This document shows positions 62,093 through 64,000 of a stretch of 64,000 nucleotides of DNA, piece by piece. The stretch is from the NCBI GenBank assembly GCA_001780985.1, contig MFJV01000001.1:364049-428048 (forward strand), written 5' to 3'. The notes under the pieces were generated by a model. It did no database searches. It was given only the letters and a program-made list of their open reading frames with translations, and had not been told where the DNA came from. Source of the stretch: Candidatus Gottesmanbacteria bacterium RIFCSPLOWO2_01_FULL_43_11b (GTDB lineage: Bacteria; Patescibacteriota; Microgenomatia; UBA10105; UBA927). The position numbers and the translations under genes are program-made. Every line of letters starts with the position of its first letter. Position 1 is the first letter of the stretch.

Positions 62093-62482
62093 TTCTAATC
62101 CCGTATAATAAACGCATTATGCCCGAAAAGCAATCATGAAACAAAAAACTTCACCGCGAAATCCTCAAACAGATGCTCACCCTTGGGAAAAGTCGTGGAA
62201 AAACTTGAAGCTACAAAGAAAGAAGATTCTTCATCGTCTTAGGAATCTGAGAGACACCCCATTACGGCTTCTACCACATCCTTTCCACGTTTAAATTTTT
62301 AAAGTAAATAAGGAAAAACTGATATACTTGATATATGACTATACTAAGCATCAAATTTTATAAATGGGCGCAAAGAGCGGGTGGCGCCGGATGGAATAAA
62401 CATGTCAGTCCTTGGCTTCGTAGAAAAGCCAATAAAAGATTGAGGCGGTTACTGAATAAGATGGATCAATGAAGATGATCTG

Positions 62483-62767
62483 TCACGAAGCAAAATCCTG
62501 CTTTACCCCCTGCTCGATGTACTGCTTCATGAGAGTCTGATAGGGCATATCTTTTTTATTCGCAATCATTTTCACCCGCGCTAGCAAACTCGTTGTTACC
62601 CGAAGCGATATCGGTTTTTTTGTAAGTTGCAGATTGGGAAAAATGACATGCCGCGCCTTACTCCAATCAATATAATCTGTCGAGTCATGGGTTGCCCAAA
62701 ACTCCCTTTCTTCGTCCTCGTTCTTAAATGTTGGGATTTTCTTAAGCTTCTTTAATTTCTTTTTCAT
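62483..62767 (-). CDS. BrnA-like (CopG-domain) antitoxin-family protein, apparently solitary
   Basis: EEREFWATHDSTDYIDWSKA matches the BrnA N-terminal signature and a C-terminal RHH-like region; no DUF497/BrnT partner found nearby. Confidence 0.6.
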   Translation of the reverse strand: MKKKLKKLKKIPTFKNEDEEREFWATHDSTDYIDWSKARHVIFPNLQLTKKPISLRVTTSLLARVKMIANKKDMPYQTLMKQYIEQGVKQDFAS

Positions 62768-63558
62768 ATCAACATCTCCTTCATTGTTTTAGGAATTTGG
62801 GCAGCTAAGTCTGAGGCATTGAAGAATGGGCCGACAGATTTATAGAGTTCATCTCCTGCCTTTTTATTAATAAAACTTCCGGCAATCGTTGCGAGAAACG
62901 GCTCATTTTTGCATGCTAATGCAGCAATTAAACCTGCCAGCACATCCCCTGTTCCCCCCTTTGTCATCCCCTCATTGCCTCCTTCAATTTTCCGGACTTC
63001 CGTTGGACTTGCCGCAATATCAAACTCACTTTTAAGAAGTATGATGCAGTTATATTTTTTTGCGACATCAGAAACTTCCGCATTCCCAAATACTCTCGAA
63101 AATTCACCGTGGTGAGGGGTAAGAATTGCATTTTTAGGAATGAGATTAACATCCATCATCTGCAAAGAGCCCGCATCAATCACCCACTGTTTCTGCGGAT
63201 ATTTTTTGAGGAGAGTGTTCGTAAGTGTTTCTGTTTCGCTATCACGCGTCATGCCGGGACCTATCAGAATGCAGTCATCTTCTTTGATATATGCTTCGAC
63301 ATCGCTCCTGGGTACCACTATGCCGTTTCGAAATTCTTTTTTAACCAACGCATTATTTTCCGGCACGGAACTGTAGTGTACGAGGTCAACAATGCGCGAG
63401 GCTACTTCAAGTGCCCAAAGACTTGCTGCATGGAATAGATGACTGCCTCCAATAATAAGAAGCCTGCCGTTCTGGCCTTTATGAGAGCCTGATTTAGGAA
63501 GTATTAAGCCTTTCAAATCATCGACAGTCACTGTTTTCATAGGGAAATTTTCTGCCAC
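62764..63558 (-). CDS. nnrD: ADP-dependent NAD(P)H-hydrate dehydratase (YjeF C-terminal domain family)
   Basis: LIIGGS...GPG and C-terminal GTGDVLAG motifs. Confidence 0.9.
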   Translation of the reverse strand: MAENFPMKTVTVDDLKGLILPKSGSHKGQNGRLLIIGGSHLFHAASLWALEVASRIVDLVHYSSVPENNALVKKEFRNGIVVPRSDVEAYIKEDDCILIGPGMTRDSETETLTNTLLKKYPQKQWVIDAGSLQMMDVNLIPKNAILTPHHGEFSRVFGNAEVSDVAKKYNCIILLKSEFDIAASPTEVRKIEGGNEGMTKGGTGDVLAGLIAALACKNEPFLATIAGSFINKKAGDELYKSVGPFFNASDLAAQIPKTMKEMLI

Positions 63559-64000
63559 GACTTCATCTCTTTTTCAATTATACCGGGATCTGCACTCGTT
63601 AATATAGTCTGCTGCTCACTTATAATAGACAGAACAATCTGGCGGTGTTTTCTATCAAGTTCCGAAAGAATATCGTCAAGGAGAAGGATTGGTCGCTCAC
63701 CCGTCTCTTTTTCGATGTATGAACTTTCTGCAAGTTTGAGCCAAAGTACTGCGAGTCGTTGCTCTCCGCGACTGCCAAATTTTGACAAATTTTTGCCGGC
63801 ATACATGATGGAAAAGTCGTCGCGGTGCGGACCCACAAGTGTGGCTTTGGCAGCAATTTCCTCGTCTTTATACTGTTCGAGTCTGGTTTCTGAAATTACA
63901 CTTTTGTCATATTCGATATTGTAATCGGGGCGAAAATTATTTATGTATTCAATATACGCTCCTCGGACTTCGGTTATATAACCCCCGGATTTAATCAATA
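63537..64000 (-). CDS. recF: DNA replication/repair protein RecF, C-terminal part (gene continues beyond the window end)
   Basis: GPHRDDF, GSRGEQR and LLLDDILSELD (Walker B/D-loop) signatures; N-terminus lies outside the window. Confidence 0.9.
   Translation of the reverse strand, partial: LIKSGGYITEVRGAYIEYINNFRPDYNIEYDKSVISETRLEQYKDEEIAAKATLVGPHRDDFSIMYAGKNLSKFGSRGEQRLAVLWLKLAESSYIEKETGERPILLLDDILSELDRKHRQIVLSIISEQQTILTSADPGIIEKEMKSWQKISL

Noticed and set aside
62139-62297. 52-aa plus-strand ORF (MKQKTSPRNPQTDAHPWEKSWKNLKLQRKK...) in the Fic / BrnA-like intergenic region
   Set aside because: No ribosome-binding site, basic low-complexity composition, no partner-like features; probably fortuitous. 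It might merit a look as a small antitoxin-like peptide.

Overview
This 64-kb window reads like a small-genome Patescibacteria/CPR-type bacterium. That placement is inference from standard genetic code, about 45% GC, 23S introns and an rRNA operon without 16S.

The most unusual feature is a single uninterrupted minus-strand reading frame covering positions 1 to about 12573 (at least 4,190 codons). It has no stop codon in the window, so it runs off the left edge and is absent from the supplied ORF track. The partial ORF starting at 316 (M at 316, 3-prime end beyond position 1, also absent from the track) is in the same frame and is simply an internal Met of it. I translated the whole stretch by eye: a hydrophobic N-terminal anchor, a Pro/Glu-rich linker, two tandem Cys-containing repeat modules, a long Gly/Ala/Ser-rich hydrophobic segment, several kb of coiled-coil-like sequence and a Pro-rich stretch near the left edge. 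No enzymatic motif was recognisable.

The second notable region is 27.3 to 32.1 kb. It holds a minus-strand tRNA-Ala(UGC)-23S-5S operon with no 16S gene. The 23S is split by four related group I introns (R/S P7 elements visible), and one intron carries a tiny ORF. Two further tRNA-Ala genes (CGC, GGC) sit in tandem at 12.9 to 13.1 kb.

The remaining genes are recognisable by motif:
- Transcription, repair and translation: rho, a YacL-like PIN-TRAM protein next to radA, an S1-domain protein, pth, an ATP-dependent DNA ligase, an EndoQ-like PHP protein and a recF fragment.
- Central metabolism and redox: gap-pgk, glutamate dehydrogenase, trxB-trxA, a short-chain dehydrogenase, a riboflavin kinase and acylphosphatase.
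- A copper/thiol-redox island at 40.4 to 51.1 kb: CsoR with a C6/G6 palindromic operator inside its promoter, a CopZ-like chaperone, CopA ATPase, two cupredoxin-like domains, DUF1573, CcdA-like and rhodanese-domain proteins, unannotated small membrane peptides, a Crp/Fnr regulator and a VKOR-DsbA pair.
- Toxin-antitoxin and related: VapBC, a solitary BrnA-like protein and a Fic protein.
- Envelope: a LysM-M23 peptidase, a DUF2298 (YYY-motif) protein divergent from a GT39-like glycosyltransferase, and a GT2 transferase.

No CRISPR array or IS element was seen. A 600-bp convergent intergenic region (20591 to 21187) carries duplicated promoter-like elements, a repeated 15-mer and hairpins, and may encode a small RNA.
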